Of a stretch of 64,000 bases of DNA, positions 62,214-64,000 are shown piece after piece. The notes below the pieces were generated by a model. It worked only from the letters and a program-made list of their open reading frames with translations, did no database searches and was not told where the DNA came from. Position numbers and translations under genes: made by a program. Origin of the DNA: an uncultured Acidobacteriota bacterium. Its GTDB lineage: Bacteria; Acidobacteriota; UBA6911. Every line of letters begins with the position of its first letter. Position 1 is the stretch's first letter. The stretch covers positions 192,001 through 256,000 of the forward strand of contig CAWEJX010000020.1 of NCBI GenBank assembly GCA_963809485.1, given 5' to 3'.

Positions 62214-63890
62214 ATGGTTTTTCATCAGCCAAAAGATCTCCGGCGCCGTCTGCTCGAGCTTATCATCTTCCGCGCATTCGTCCTGCTGCTGGGATTGAAC
62301 GTGGCCGACCGGCTGCAACTTCTGCCGGCACAGCTGGGACGGTTCGCCTTCCTGGCATTCTTCAATTATCTCACCCTCGTGCTGACCGCCGCATGTCTGC
62401 TGATCTGGTGGGTGCACCGGCATGAGATTTTTCAGCTTTATCTTCAGGTCGGCGCCGATCTGATCCTCACCACGGCGCTGGTTGCATATACCCGGGCCCT
62501 TGAAAGCCCTTTCGTATCCTTTTACGTTCTCATCATTATTTACTGCAGCCTGACACTCGGGCACAACGGAGGGAGGGTCGGCGCAGCCCTCAGCACGATA
62601 CTGTATGCAGGAATCCTTATCGCCGACCGACTGGGCTTCATCAGTTTTTACGGTACCGAACTCAGTTCGCAGCAGGCCACCTTCCGCATCGCGGCGCATG
62701 CTCTCGGCTTCTGGGCCGTCGCCTACCTGGGTACCTATCTCCATCAGCGCCTCCAGGCCATGGAGCATCAGCTCCGGGAGAAGATCGACTCGCTAACCGA
62801 GCTTCAATGGCTCAATGAGCACATTGTGCGAAGCATACGCAGCGGACTGATCACCACCGACCTCGAGGGGCGCATTGCGGTTTTCAACGCCGCCGCCGGA
62901 GAGCTCACAGCCAGGGATCCCGAAGAAATGATCGGGCAGCCGCTGCAGCGGCTCCTGGGAGAGGATTTATGGGGCCGGATTCTGGACGCCGACCTGTGCA
63001 GGAACGCAAAGGCCTTGCGCCACGAACAATGGCATGACATCGAGGGCGGCAGGCGATACTTCGGCTTCAGCGTGTCTCCCCTTCTGGATAAGGATGAAAA
63101 GCTGCTGGGATACATCATCTCCTTCCAGGACCTGACAGAAATCAGGCGGCTGGAGGAAGAGGTGCGCCTGAAAGACAGGATGGCTGCAGTCGGCAGGATG
63201 GCCGCGGGGATCGCTCACGAAATACGCAATCCCTTAACCGCAATGCAGGGTTCGGTGGAAATTTTGCGCGACCATGCCAGCCTGCCCAAAGCGGATGAGC
63301 GGCTATTGGAAATCCTGCTCCGGGAAAGCGACCGCTTGAATAAATTCGTCGGAAACTTCCTGAATTTCGCCCGTCCGGGGAAGTACGCCCGGCAGCCTCT
63401 GGACCTGGTTCCCGTTCTCAAAGACTCCGTGTTGCTGCTGAAGAACAGCCCCGAATTGCGCGATAAGTATTCTGTTGTGCTGCACAGTGAGGCTCATTCC
63501 ATCCGGATCCTTGGGAATGCCGACCAGCTCAACCAGGTTTTCTGGAATCTCGCGCAAAACGCCATTCGCGCCATGCCTCAGGGGGGAGAGTTGGAGATAA
63601 GCATTCGCAGAACACCCGAGGGCGGCGGGCAGATCCTTTTCAGGGACAGCGGTGTTGGCATGAACCGGGAGGAAATAAATCAGATCTTTCAGCCTTTCCA
63701 TTCGGGATTTTCCGGCGGGCTCGGGCTGGGGATGACCGTTGTGTTTCAAATTATGGAAGATCACCAGGGAAAGATCTCCTGCGAAAGCCAACCCGGCAAA
63801 GGAACAATTATCAGCCTGTCGTTTCCTCCGGAAACTCAGGCGGCAGCGTCCGGCGAAACGGAATTCGTTTACGCAGAGGCGGAGAGGTAA
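62214..63890 (+). CDS. pilS: PilS-like sensor histidine kinase (multi-TM, PAS, HisKA)
   Basis: About six TM helices, PAS (SGLITTD...FNAAA), AHEIRNPL; follows pilC. Confidence 0.88.
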   Translation: MVFHQPKDLRRRLLELIIFRAFVLLLGLNVADRLQLLPAQLGRFAFLAFFNYLTLVLTAACLLIWWVHRHEIFQLYLQVGADLILTTALVAYTRALESPFVSFYVLIIIYCSLTLGHNGGRVGAALSTILYAGILIADRLGFISFYGTELSSQQATFRIAAHALGFWAVAYLGTYLHQRLQAMEHQLREKIDSLTELQWLNEHIVRSIRSGLITTDLEGRIAVFNAAAGELTARDPEEMIGQPLQRLLGEDLWGRILDADLCRNAKALRHEQWHDIEGGRRYFGFSVSPLLDKDEKLLGYIISFQDLTEIRRLEEEVRLKDRMAAVGRMAAGIAHEIRNPLTAMQGSVEILRDHASLPKADERLLEILLRESDRLNKFVGNFLNFARPGKYARQPLDLVPVLKDSVLLLKNSPELRDKYSVVLHSEAHSIRILGNADQLNQVFWNLAQNAIRAMPQGGELEISIRRTPEGGGQILFRDSGVGMNREEINQIFQPFHSGFSGGLGLGMTVVFQIMEDHQGKISCESQPGKGTIISLSFPPETQAAASGETEFVYAEAER

Positions 63891-63902
63891 GGGAGAAGGG
63901 GC

Positions 63903-64000
63903 ATGCCGGTCATCCTGATTGTTGACGACGAGCCAAACATCATCGAGGTTCTGGAAATAGTCTTGCAGGGTGAGGGCATGGATGTGCTCAAATCCGCCTC
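63903..64000 (+). CDS. pilR: Response regulator, 5' part (probably PilR); truncated by the window edge
   Basis: MPVILIVDDEPNI receiver start after a GGAG/AAGGGG RBS, directly after pilS. Confidence 0.75.
   Translation, partial: MPVILIVDDEPNIIEVLEIVLQGEGMDVLKSA

Overview
This is a GC-rich bacterial chromosome segment, most likely Acidobacteriota: the 16S 5' end reads GATCCTGGCTCAGAATC, the Acidobacteria-diagnostic 31F signature. From left to right it holds lon, a BON protein, an archease-rtcB RNA-ligase pair, a complete minus-strand rRNA operon (16S, tRNA-Ile, tRNA-Ala, 23S, 5S) with three tandem sigma70 promoters, purN/purF, an lsrF-like aldolase with an aldolase/SDR fusion, ruvAB and a MoxR-DUF58-transglutaminase triad. 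Next come an FNR-boxed 4Fe-4S gene, a PLP lyase, a rhodanese, an octaheme cytochrome c, rimO-yacG-pgpA-cinA-thpR-plsY, and LPS/lipid genes that include a tetraether-synthase (Tes/GDGT-MAS)-like radical SAM gene directly upstream of lpxD. The right part holds a catalytically dead M1 peptidase-TPR protein, mnmA, an ECF sigma gene with a sigma54/IHF/enhancer promoter, an NtrC-type two-component system, an orphan MoaD/ThiS protein and pilB-pilT-pilC-pilS-pilR. The most unusual features are non-coding. Two families of transposase-less IS200/IS605-like mini-elements carry hairpin-rich cargo, all lie in one orientation, and two of them abut stop codons. An intact IS4/IS50-type element, whose transposase is fused to a DUF4338 (DruA-like) domain, has inserted exactly into the hairpin apex of one mini-element with a 9-bp target duplication. 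Many intergenic gaps also contain 7-bp-period repeats. All family assignments come from motif recognition by eye; no database search was run.
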